Shown here piece after piece: positions 50,383 through 61,379 of a stretch of DNA of 64,000 nt (the stretch's first letter is position 1; every line of letters begins with the position of its first letter). The notes below the pieces were generated by a model that made no database searches, had not been told where the DNA came from, and saw only the letters and a program-made list of their open reading frames with translations. The stretch comes from Mobula hypostoma (Eukaryota), in contig NC_086097.1 in assembly GCF_963921235.1 (NCBI RefSeq), forward strand, positions 132,124,001-132,188,000, read 5' to 3'. Both the position numbers and the translations under genes were made by a program.

Positions 50383-50797
50383 CAGGCGATTACCAGGTTA
50401 CAGAATGGTTCAGTCTGTAACGTTGAAACGTTCGTAAGTCAGAAATGAACAAAAATCGTGTGTGGAAAGGATCATAGAAACAGTGTGTGGGAAAGGATCA
50501 CAGCAGCAGCTGTGGCAGGAGAGCAAGCAGGCGTGGGAGACTGACAGCCGGCTGACCTCACCGATGCAGTGAATGAACGAGTGAGTGTGTTCTGCACTCC
50601 CCGCTCTGCTCGGCTCCACCCAGACCCTGATTGTTGTGGCTCAGGGTGGGGGAGGTGAGGAGAGAAGGCGTGTGGAAATAACCCATTCCTACCTGACAGA
50701 ATATGTCTGCATCTGGCAGACCTAACCCCATCCATCCTTCCAGTCTCCTATGTCGGACTGTCTATAAAGCTGGCATTCGTCACCTGAGAACAACCAC
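50383..50797. mobile_element. Degenerate Tigger-like MITE
   Basis: TA followed by CAGGCGATTACCAGGTTAC..TTCGTAAGTC at the left; TTCGTCACCTGAGAAC at the right. Internal direct repeat GTGTGTGG(G)AAAGGATCA at 50458-50500. Confidence 0.4.
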
Positions 50798-51839
50798 CAT
50801 TAGCTAAATTTTTGAAACTGGTGGAAGAGGAAGAATGAATGTTGATATTCAGTATTTATTCATGATGTTTTTACAAAATTAGTATCTGGCCTAGATACAG
50901 GTCAGGTCTTAGTAAAATTAGAAACTGTTTTAAACACTCAGCATTATCTGTAGAGAGAGAAACAGTGTTATTAGAACAGCTCTAATGACTGGAAACATTA
51001 ACTCTGATTTTCCCTCCACAGATGCTGCCTTACCTTCTGGACATTCATTGCACTTATTGCTTTTACTATAGATTTTTGGCATCCTCAGTACAGACAAAAC
51101 TGTGCTTTATGGCTATTCTGTTACAAAGATTCACTCTTACAGAATTCATAAATCAATACCAAAAAAGTTGAAATATAAAATAAAATTTGCACCCAGGGAA
51201 TTTATGTGAAGAAGTAACTAAATCAACACAATCATTTTTTCAACTCTCATTTCTTGACACACGCGTGAATGACATAGCTTTGCTTTTGGGAAAATCGTGT
51301 TTTCTGGGAACGTAGGGAATCACCTGTATGTGGCTTATTAAAGTTGAAAGTTCTGTGAAGCTAAACTTTTCAATAGTACCCATTCGATTTCCTGAGCAGA
51401 AACATTTAATGGGATCTTGCCAGCTTACACAATCTACTGTAATTCTCTGATAATCCACCTTCCAACTATTTGGAAATCATGAAGATCTGGCATCCGGCTA
51501 ACTATGTAGTCCTTTCCCTGCCCCTTTCCAATTCACATTGTCAAAGTTCCTGCTCTCCCTTTGCATTCACCAGGGCCCAGTTCCCTCGCTCCCTTTTACC
51601 CACCGGGGCTCTCATTCCTGCTCTCCTTAAAGGGACCCGGGTCACTTTTCCTATGCTCCTTTTAACCTTACTGGGTTCACTGGGGAATTTATTATAATAC
51701 CGTGCAACATCTAAAAAATGTAAATAAACATGTATTTGGTGTTAGGATGTAATCATATCTATTAACCCAGAAAGTCTGTAATTCCAGCACTACCAACGTC
51801 CTGAGTGTAGTGGTTATTGAAATAAGCATGTACAAAGAA

Positions 51840-52415
51840 ATTAGACGTGTCCCCTTTGACCCGCACCAGTTTTTATAGAGGCATCGTAAAAAGCATCCTA
51901 TCTAGATGTACCTCGGCTTGGTTTGGCAACTATTCTGTCTGCAACAATAAAAAACACACACAGAGTTACAGACACAGTTCAGTACATCACAGGAACCAGC
52001 CTCCTCTTCCGTGGACTTCTGGCTTCCTTGGTAAAGCTGCCAACATAATCAAAGAGCTCTCTCACCCTGGATGTTTCCTCTTCTCCTCCTCCCCCCATCA
52101 GGCAGAAGATACAAAATCCTGAAATCATGTCCCACCAGGTTCAAGTACAGCTTTATCCTCCTGTTACAAGTGTATGGTCCCTAGTACAGTAAGATGGACT
52201 CATGACCTTACAATCTACTGTTCCACGATATGTCCTTGCATCTTATTATCTATCTACCTGCACTGTACTTTCTCTGCAACTGTAACACTTTATCTTGCAT
52301 TCTGTTATTGTCTTTCCCTTGTACTACCTCTATGTACTGATGTGATTAAATAATCTATATGGATAGCATGCAAAACAAAGCTTTTCACTGTCTGTTGGTA
52401 CATGTGACAATAACA
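51840..52415 (+). mobile_element. Rex1/Babar LINE 3' fragment
   Basis: FYRGIVKSILSRCTSAWFGN..LGKAANIIKELSHPG; GTGACAATAA end. Confidence 0.8.
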
Positions 52416-53260
52416 GTTCAATAGTTCCATTTAATATCAGAGAATGTTTTCAATGTACAAGATGAAATTCTTGTTCTTTGCAGACATGCACGAAAATAGA
52501 ATGCCCCAAAGAATGAGTGACAGTAAAAACATTAGAACCTCAAAGCCCCCTATTCCCTCCTCCAACTCACAAGCAGCAGCAAAGCAACGACCCTCCCCCT
52601 CCCCCACTTACTTCAGCAAAGAAAAGGCATTAGCATCCTCCACCTACCCAAGCAAACAATAACAAAGCCCCCAAGACAGACCATGATCTGCAGTACAACA
52701 AAAACTAATCATTCATCTGACAATTCGACATACCACAGGATCTCTCTCTCCCTAATAAAGGGACAGAAAGATGTCCCCCTTTTACAGTGAGAGGGGAGAT
52801 CAACAAAGACAAACAACTCACTGATTACGGTGTTAAAGTCTGCTGCATCATTTTTTTTTCCAAGTTCTCCGACTCGAGAATTAGCCCCACTAACGAGAGA
52901 AAGAGAAGGAGCACGCGATTGGCTGAGTACACACAGCCGATCCATTGTTCCCAATGTACCATTTTCTCCCATGATGCTTCAGTCAGTGGCACCAGTATAG
53001 AATTGGCTCATCCACAGGGCCACGAAGCCTCGGAATCCCAAAGGCCAGCTCTTCTTCTAGGTCGTGTCCTTGGGATATCGAAAAACTGCCGCTCGTGAGC
53101 AACACGGAGCGCATCTCATCGCCCCAAAGGACTGATGTTTGAGTGTAGCTCCAGGTCAGGGCCTCAAACAGAACCCAAACCACCTTCAAAAGGAAAAAGA
53201 GAGACATTAAAGGTAGAAATTAAGCTGTTTCCACAGATGAACTCATTGTAGCTCCGTCCA
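52416..53260 (-). mobile_element. Putative non-coding LINE-dependent repeat
   Basis: Reverse-oriented Rex-like tail (GTTCAATAGTTCCATTTAATATCAG) attached to a CpG-containing non-coding body. Confidence 0.45.
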
Positions 53261-53329
53261 CTGATTTACTAATTCTCAACTTATCAGAAATTAGCATTTA
53301 TGATATTTTATCACTTGCATGGAAGCAAA

Positions 53330-53812
53330 TAATTACGTATTCTATTGAAGCCAGATTGTAGCCTCTTTACATTGATGGGAGAAGGGTATAATGGAGGCCT
53401 TCCATGCTATAGGCTGGGCATCTTTCCTTGGAGTGTCTAAGTGTGAGCGGTGACCTGCAGAAGTATATAAAATGATGAGGGACATAGATAAAATGAATGG
53501 TCATAGTCTTTTTCCCGGGGTAGGAGAGTTTAAGACTGGAAGACATGTATTTAAGGTCACAGTGGAAAGATATAAGGGGGACCTGATGGGCAATATTTTC
53601 ACGCTGAGGGTGTTGGATGTATGAAATGAGCTGTCAGAGGAAGTAATAGTGGTAGGCACAATTACAATATTTTAAAGAGATTTTGACAGGTGCATGGATA
53701 GGAAAAGTTTAGAGGCGTAGAGGTGAAATATGAGATTAGCTTAGGAAGTCAATTTAATCAGCATGGACAAGTGGGCTGAAGGGTCTGTTTCTATGCTATA
53801 TAACTTTATGCC
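53330..53812 (+). mobile_element. CR1 LINE 3' fragment
   Basis: RLGIFPW..EVYKMMRDIDK..KTGRHVFKV-like peptide and a GGGCTGAAGGGTCTGTTTCTATGCT 3' UTR. Confidence 0.8.
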
Positions 53813-54254
53813 TCTCGTTGATTAGTCTTGAGCATAGTGACCACCGGGCCAGACATGTTCGAGTTTAAATAAATGTTTTAACCAGAGGATCCTGAGAGGT
53901 TTTGCCAAGCTAGGTGTAGATCAGCAGGATGGATCTACCTCAGGGGAGAATACATAATGATCCTTAGTGTCTGGGAGCAGGGCAGGAAAGAATCGGCTAG
54001 TTTCTCCACAAGTGACCAGACACTGAAGCAGAACTCAGCAAGATCCAATTCTGGGGGTATAACAGGCATTCCCACTGCCTCAGCTGCCTCAGTTAGTTGC
54101 TTACATTGACATTGGACGATGCAAGCTTCTTCAGAGGTGAAATCAGCTTTGGAGTCAGAGTATTTCCATTTTACTCTGTTAGTGGAGAATTTCATTGGTC
54201 ATGGAATACCCGCAGCTTGAAACACACCATTATTTAGGATGGTGGTGAATACAG

Positions 54255-54492
54255 GTAGTTCAGGTTGAGGTATTAATGTTGCGGTGTTCTCCGAGCTTGG
54301 CAATTCTCAGGTGACATCCTCAGTGTGCAGTTGTTGGTGTTTCTCCCTGGGAGTGCTCATGTTTATATAGGCACTCGTTCACTTGCCTTGGTCATGATTG
54401 GCTACCCCTTCAGTTGATGTTTCAATGCTATTGGTTCATGTTTCTTTGGCTCTAAGGGGTTTGTAGATGGCGTCTATTTCAATATGTTTGTG
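54255..54492 (-). mobile_element. Penelope (Poseidon-type) 3' end and pLTR
   Basis: Minus strand encodes KHIEIDAIYKPL (PLE GIY-YIG C-terminal motif), then TATAAA and a half hammerhead CUGAGGA-UGUCACC whose GAAA strand is missing. Confidence 0.7.
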
Positions 54493-54502
54493 TACACATA
54501 TG

Positions 54503-55082
54503 TGTAACTCTCGCTTCGGCTAGCAGCTTAATATAGGGGACGATAGCCCCTGGCCCGGCCAAATTTAAGAAATCTCGTTTGGGTGGATGCTGCGCAATGT
54601 GTTCCCTGTTACAAATCAGTACCCCAAAATAACAAACAGTACACAATATGTGATTAAACGATTGAGCTTTATAATTCTTAATTTGACTCTATGGTTAGTA
54701 AAGAAAACAAAAAAGAAAAAGGGCCCTTTCTCATGAAACAGTCTAATGCGCAATGTTGGAGCCACTGATAAGGCCGTTCGCCCACCATCGACCTCCTCCA
54801 ATTGTCGCTGACCTTCGGACCCTCACTCCAAGTCCACTCTGTCCGGCTGTCTACCAACTCTCTCCATTCGCGTCTTCTCTCCTCATCTCTCCCCGGCAAA
54901 AGACCCGTGAATTCACAGCTCCCAGACACAAAAGAAGAAACAACATCCCACTCATTGGCTAGCATACCCCATTATCTCTAGTCATAATCCAAACATTGCT
55001 GCTACGGAGAATCCATTACCTCAGCATTGAAACATTACAGAGAAGTCATTACGTTAGCAGTGAAACCTCACAGCACGTTGCA
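54503..55082. mobile_element. Solo LTR (Ty3/Gypsy-type), 580 bp
   Basis: TGTAAC..GTTGCA termini; 4-bp TSD TATG at 54499-54502 and 55083-55086. Confidence 0.88.
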
Positions 55083-56041
55083 TATGTTTGCAGAGGGTGG
55101 CTGAGACAAGGAGAAGCTGGCAGATGTTGGGAGCAGGTGAAGCCAGTAGTGGTCCAGGAGAAGGAAAAGCTTGTGGTCAGCCAGGGGAAGGAGATTCCAG
55201 CAGCAGGCAGGGAGAAGATTCAGAGGAGCTAACCTGGGTGCAGTCTTTGCTGTTGCCTGGTACTCGAAGACATCGGAATTGGTGTTCGAAAGCAGCGTGC
55301 TATGAAACCATGAGTGAAGACAGGTGATGAGGCAGCAGTGTGGCCTTGGTTAGAATGAGGACAAGGCTTCAAGCAGGCTTGCCTGTTGCTACAGTCCAGG
55401 TGAGATGATGCTGGAGGCTATGTAGTGTGCAGTCTGTGCTCAGCTGAGAGCTAGCCTCTCCCCTCTGCCCTCCAGCATCTGACCGGCAGAAGGACAGACT
55501 GGATTGCCAGGAGCTGTATCATCAATTTACTCATCGCATTGTGTTTTCTTGCATAACGATGTGTGCGTGTGTTTGTTTTTTCTCTCTCATTATTATAAAT
55601 GTATGTTATGCACCTGGGCCCCACAGGAACACCATCTCGTTCGACTGTATCTGTGTATGGTCTGAATGATAATTAAAGGATTTGATTTTAATTTGATTTG
55701 GTTATCAGAAGAGAACCATGCTTCTAAAAATCTTTGTGCCTGCTTCATGTTTGCCTGTGCCAGAACCCCTGTGGTGTCCGGGTAAAGTGGTGCCCGTCTC
55801 TGTCTTCATGTACAGTCCATTATGTCCACACCAACCATTGTACTTAACATTGAACTTAACAGTCCCATTACCTCTATTTGGTCTATAGCCTTCTATGTCT
55901 TGGTGATTCAATTGCTTGTTTAGATGCTTCTGAAATATTGTGAGTGTAATTGGTACCCTACCTGGTAGCAGATTGTAGATTACTCTATACAAATAAATTG
56001 TCCATCGGCTTCCCCATAAGCACCCTACCTCTCAGCTTATA

Positions 56042-57099
56042 CACTCTATGGCCACTTTATTAGGTACACCTGAACACCTGCTTGTTAATGCAAATATCTA
56101 ATCAGCCAATCATGTGGCGGTAATTCAATGGATTAAAGCATGCAGGCATGATCAAGAGGTTCAGTTATTGTTCAGACCAAACATCAGAATGAGGAAGAAA
56201 TATGACATAAGTGACTTTAACCATGGAGTGATCATTGATACCATACAGGGTGGTTTGAGTATACTTCATACTTTATTGTCGCCAAACAATTGATACTAGA
56301 ACGTACAATCATCACAGTGATATTTGATTCTGCACTTCCCGCTCCCTGGATTACAAATCGATAGTAAATATTAAAACTTTAAATTAAAATCATAAATAGA
56401 AAATAGAAAAATGGAAAGTAAGGTAGTGCAAAAAAACCGAGAGGCAGGTCCTTATATTTGGAGGGTACGGCTCAGATCTGGGTCAGGATCCGTTCAGCAG
56501 TCTTATCACAGTTGGAAAGAAGCTGTTCCCAAATCTGGCCGTACGAGTCTTCAAGCTCCTGAGCCTTCTCCCGGAGGGAAGAGGGACGAAAAGTGTGTTG
56601 GCTGGGTGGGTCGTGTCCTTGATTATCCTGGCAGCACTGCTCTGACAGCGTGCGGTGTAAAGTGAGTCCACGGATGGAAGATTGGTTTGTGTGATATGCT
56701 GCGGGGTGTTTACGATCTTCAGCAGCTTCTTTCGGTCTTGGACAGGACAACTTCACAGAAATTGCTGATCTCCTGGGATTTTCACGCACAGCAGTGACTA
56801 GAGTTTACAGAGATTGGTGTGAGAAACAAAAATAAGAATTCCGGTGAGCGGCATTTCTGTGGGTGAAAACACCTTGTTGATGAGAAAGGTCAGAAGAAAA
56901 TGTTCAAGCTGACAGGAAAGCGACAGTAAGTCAAATAACCACACATTATGACAGCAGTGCGCAGAAGAACGTCTCTGAACGCACAATGTGTCGAACCTTG
57001 ATGAGGACGGGCTGCAGCAGAAAATGGCCACACCAGGTTCCACTTCTGTGGCAACTTTATTAGGTACATTCCCGTACCTAATAAAGTGGCCACTGAGTG
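56042..57099 (+). mobile_element. Non-autonomous Tc1 element with a nested Rex LINE fragment
   Basis: TA at both flanks. TIRs CACTCTATGGCCACTTTATTAGGTAC and GTACCTAATAAAGTGGCCACTGAGTG. The Tc1 N-terminal coding remnant is split at about 56262/56753. Confidence 0.9.
56262..56753 (-). mobile_element. Young Rex1/Babar LINE 3' fragment
   Basis: ORF 56483-56671 SAARIIKDTTHPANTLFVPLPSGRRLRSLKTRTARFGNSFFPTVIRLLN; CpG-rich; short tandem tail. Confidence 0.88.
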
Positions 57100-57934
57100 T
57101 ACCTCACAAAGGCAAGAAGAATTTTACTATCTATCCGCCTCATAATCTTTTATAACTCTATCGTCTCGTCCCTTAACATACTCTGCTCCAGGGTGTTGTA
57201 TGATGGATGTTGTCCCTCGTAAATGGATGACTCATCTATTTGTAGTGTCAGTGTTTTATCTCAGCAGTGGCTTGTCCCGCAGCCTGTCATTCCAACCCTT
57301 CTGAGTTCACTTTCTGTACTTGTTCTGTACTCATGCTGGTTTGTTTTTGAGTTTGTTAGCTTTGGGCCTTCTTGTGCAGAAGCTGAGTTTCACTTCTCAA
57401 CTAATGGCTTAACTGTACATGAAACAAAAAAATCAATAAATTCTGCCACAATATTTGCACACCCTGCACATATTGGCAATATCTTCAATGAAGTGGTTAC
57501 AGTATGTTTTTTTTTATCAATGAATGAGTCGATTGCATTGAATTTTAGAAGTACATTCATAAATACTAAAATTTCATACACCATCAATTAAACAACATGT
57601 TGCCAATAACTGTATGAACCATGATCTGAAATTATTTTTGTGCTGAATTTTATTAATCAAGCTGTGTAAACCATGCAGGCTTTTTTTCTAACATTTTAAG
57701 ACAGGATGATAAAATTCATCTTCTCCTCTGTGGAAAAGTAATGGATTTGTTTTTATCCACAGGAGAAAAAAAATCACATTTGTTGAGTATGTCAGGCAAT
57801 GAAATCTGGATTTGTAGAGAGATGAAGCTAAGTACTTTATGGTTTAAATTGATCTAATTTTAAAATGCTGCTCCAGCACATGAAGAGCTACACACCTGTA
57901 CCAAACTCAACACAGCCTTAAAGATAACTTAACT

Positions 57935-58093
57935 TAATTGATTTTTGATTAGTCAGAGCATGAATGAATATGGGGAGAAGGCAGGAGATTGGAGCTGAGA
58001 GGAAGAATGGATCAGCCATGATAAAATGGTGGAGCAGACTCAATGGGCCAAATGGCCTAATTCTATTCCTATACCTTATGGTCTTATGGTCCT
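57935..58093 (+). mobile_element. CR1 3' end
   Basis: GGATCAGCCATGATAAAATGG..GGGCCAAATGGCCTAATTCT followed by (CTTATGGT)n. Confidence 0.8.
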
Positions 58094-58334
58094 ATTGCCT
58101 TAATTATAACATGAGGAGATATGGAGAGATGAAACTGGAGTGGAAGATTCTCAAACATATATTCTTTATTTAATAAGATCCTCTACATCATTTTCATTTC
58201 CCTATCCAGTCTCACAAAAGCTCATCAGCCTTCTGGATTCACCATCAGTGTATTCAAAGCATTCACATCCCTCTGCATAAAAGAATTTTTGAATAAGCTC
58301 ATCAAAAAATTAAAGGACCAACGCAACAACCTAA

Positions 58335-58941
58335 TCTGCACCTGGTGAATAGCTGGTGAAACTTCTGAAATGCCTGCTTCACTGCTGCTGCTACTGTGTG
58401 GTCCAGGATCTCCGGAAGGGAAGGCCCCGAGTCGTTGGCTTTGCTTGTTGCTCGGTGGCCAGGGTGGGGTCGAAGCGCTCAGCAGAGGATGGTGCTTGGG
58501 GAGTCTGTGTCGGAGGGTTGGTCGGAGGCTCAAAGTTTTCAGACGGTCTCAGAGTCTGCTGCGGTGGAAGCTCGTTCCACACAGCTACCACTCTGAGTAA
58601 AGTTCCCCCTCATGTTACCCCTAAACTTTGCAGCACATGGCAGGGAGAGTTTCTCCCTTCTACCGTCTGCGTGAGATGATGAGGCTATCGGGACTTTGAG
58701 ACTTTTTTTACCGTGCCGATGGTCTGCTCTTTATCAAATTAAGGTATTGCTTTGCACTGTTGTAACTATATGTTATAATTATGTGGTTTTGTCAGTTTTA
58801 GTCTTGGTTTGTCCTGTGTTTCTTGTGCTATCATTCTGGAGGAACATGGTATCATTTTTTAATGCATGCATTTCTAAATGACAATAAACGAGGACCGAGT
58901 GTCCTCATAATCTAATCTAATCTAATCTATTCTAATCTAAT
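58335..58941 (+). mobile_element. Non-coding retroposon with an (AATCT)n tail and a small internal CR1-derived insert
   Basis: CpG-rich head, TGACAATAAAC near the 3' end, (AATCT)n at 58909-58941. Reversed CR1-like 3' piece at about 58576-58630. Confidence 0.55.
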
Positions 58942-58944
58942 TCC

Positions 58945-59915
58945 ACAAATTCCTTCTCTTGGGATCCAGCACCTATTTAGTTACCCTAATCTATCTGCAT
59001 GCTTTTGAATTACTCAAGTAATTACAGTGTCAATTCTGTTAATGACATGACAGTGGTGGAGCTCATGACTAACAATGCTGAGGTGGCATACAGAGAGAAG
59101 GTGGAAGAAGTTGAGGCCTGGCGGAAGACAAATAACTTCTTCCTCAACATTATTAAGACAAAGGAGATGGTTATCAACCTCTGGAGATCTTGAACCATTC
59201 ACAGCATACTCGAGGCACAGCAGTTTCAAACTCTTGGAAGGCTCATCTCCCACAACCTCTCATGGTCCCAGAACATATTCTACACAATCAATGCCTCTAC
59301 TTTATGAGGAGGCTGAAGAGACCTGGACTATGCACATCTATACTCATGTCATTCTACTGATACGCAGTAGAGAGCATTCGAACAAGCTACATCACTGCAT
59401 GGTATGGAAACTACACTGCAGCATGCAGGAATATTCTACAATCTGCAGTCAAATCTACCTGAAGATTCACTGGCACCAGCCTACCCACCATCAAGGACAT
59501 ATATTCGGAAAGGTCCTGGAGAAAGGCCAGTGACATACTGAGAGAGCCTACCCACCCTGCTCATGGACTGTTTGTATCACTCCCATCAGGGAGGAGGCTA
59601 CAAAGCATCCACGCCAGGATAACCAGAGTCACGAACAGTTACTTCTCCAAACAGAAAGGGAGATCAACACTTCCACCCACTAACCCACCCCTCCACACCC
59701 CAAACCACCACCACTTTTTCTTTTCCTGTCAGTCACCTCATGCACTCCTGTGCCTTGCATCACCTTATGGACATATAATCAACTTACGTCTGTATATAGG
59801 GTTTCTTATGTATTTATATTTATTCTGGGTTTTTTTTGATTATTATTGTATTCTTTATTTTATTGTATCTTTTCTTGTGTGTTGCATTGGATCCAGAGTA
59901 ACAATGATTTTGTTC
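58945..59915 (+). mobile_element. Rex1/Babar LINE (same family as 35690-36903)
   Basis: NDMTVVELMTNNAEVAYRE..NNFFLNIIKTKEMVI; shares CCCATCAGGGAGGAGGCTA with the 35690 copy. Confidence 0.83.
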
Positions 59916-59919
59916 TAAA

Positions 59920-60722
59920 TCTTCAAAGATTCGAAGATCCAAGTATGTATACAGAAGACAACCCTGAGATTTGTCATGCCCCAGGCAGCCACGAAACAAA
60001 CAAACAAAGAAACACCAAGGAACTCATTCAAGAAAACAGCAAAAACCCAACAGGCAAAAAAAGAACAAATTGTGCAAACAGCAAAAAGAGATCAAACACA
60101 TAGAATATCAAAGACCAAACCAAGAGTCCGGTAGTATTCAGTTTCATTCACTTCAGTGTCATGCTGCTAGCCAAATACAGGAGTCATTCTTTGCCGAAGC
60201 AACCTATCCGCATTGATTGAACTGCTCAAGAACAGCAAAGTAAAAGACTAACCAAAATACAGAAACACATGCAACGTGAATGTCAAAGTCCACCAAAATG
60301 AGTCCACAACCTCGCCGATCAATCCTTGTGATGTGAATCCCAGTCTCTTATACTTTCCTCCGAAAGCAGCTAGCGAGAGCGAGAGGAAGGCAGGGAGATG
60401 GCACTGAACATCCGGGCTGTCCTCCACGTTTGTCCTCGTTGACTTCGACCTTACCCTTCACCTGAATCGGAGGGAAGCAATGGAGTCGATCATGGGTTCG
60501 CACCCTGTCTCCAGGCCACATACTCAGCTCCGTAGCTCACCAAACTCCCTCGGAGACAACAAAGCATCAGATCCCCCACTGGCCCAAAAACACATCATCA
60601 AAATGTAAATTATAGGTTCCAATCACATGCAGAATATTAGAGCCATATTTGAAAGAAGTAGTTTCGTGATCTGTCTACAGGATATTACCACTGGTCACGT
60701 TGTTTACTGCCACCATCTTGAA
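59920..60722 (-). mobile_element. Putative non-coding LINE-dependent repeat
   Basis: Minus strand starts CAAGATGGTGGC (LINE-like 5' start) and ends in a (ATCTTTGA)-type tail. No coding capacity seen. Confidence 0.5.
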
Positions 60723-61379
60723 GTTCTCCTTTACACTTGTACACTGGAAATGACATTAAACAATTTTGAATCTTGAATCTTGAAGTCCCCCATGACTATC
60801 ATAAAATTGCTCTTTTTACATGCTTTTTCTATCTCCCCTTGTAATTTGCACCCAACCTCCTGGCTTCTGTTCAGATGTCTGTCTATAACTCCCATCTGCT
60901 CTTTTTGCCCTTGAAGTTTCTTAACTCTACCCACAATGATTTTGCATCTTCCAATCCTTTGTTGCATCTTCCTAAGGATTTGATCTTAATTTTTATCACC
61001 AAAACCACACTACTCCCTCTGCCTACCTGTCTGTCCTCCCAATAAAATGTGTATCCTTGGAGGTTAAGCTCCCAACTATGATCTTCTTTCAGCCATAACT
61101 CAGTGATGTCCACAACATCATATCTGTCAGTTTCTAATTGTTCTACAAGATCATCTACCTTATTCCATATACTGCGTGCATTTGAAATAATATCTTCAGT
61201 TCTGTCTTTATTACCTTTTCAATGTCACCCATATTACCCAAAGTTAAATTCCCTTTCAAAACGTGTTTCTTTTAATTTATTCTGGAGACTTTTGTAACTT
61301 CTCCTCATTCTTCTTCCCTTTTACTTTATTCTCGCTTTTCCAGACTGTTGAACTGTTGAGCCTACTGTTTAGTTTAAAG

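Noticed and set aside
54105..54175. Possible 71-nt minus-strand exon (CTAACAG acceptor, GTAAGC donor; VKWKYSDSKADFTSEEACIVQCQ)
   Set aside because: Weak pyrimidine tract, no partner exons and an unrecognised peptide. It would need RNA-seq support.
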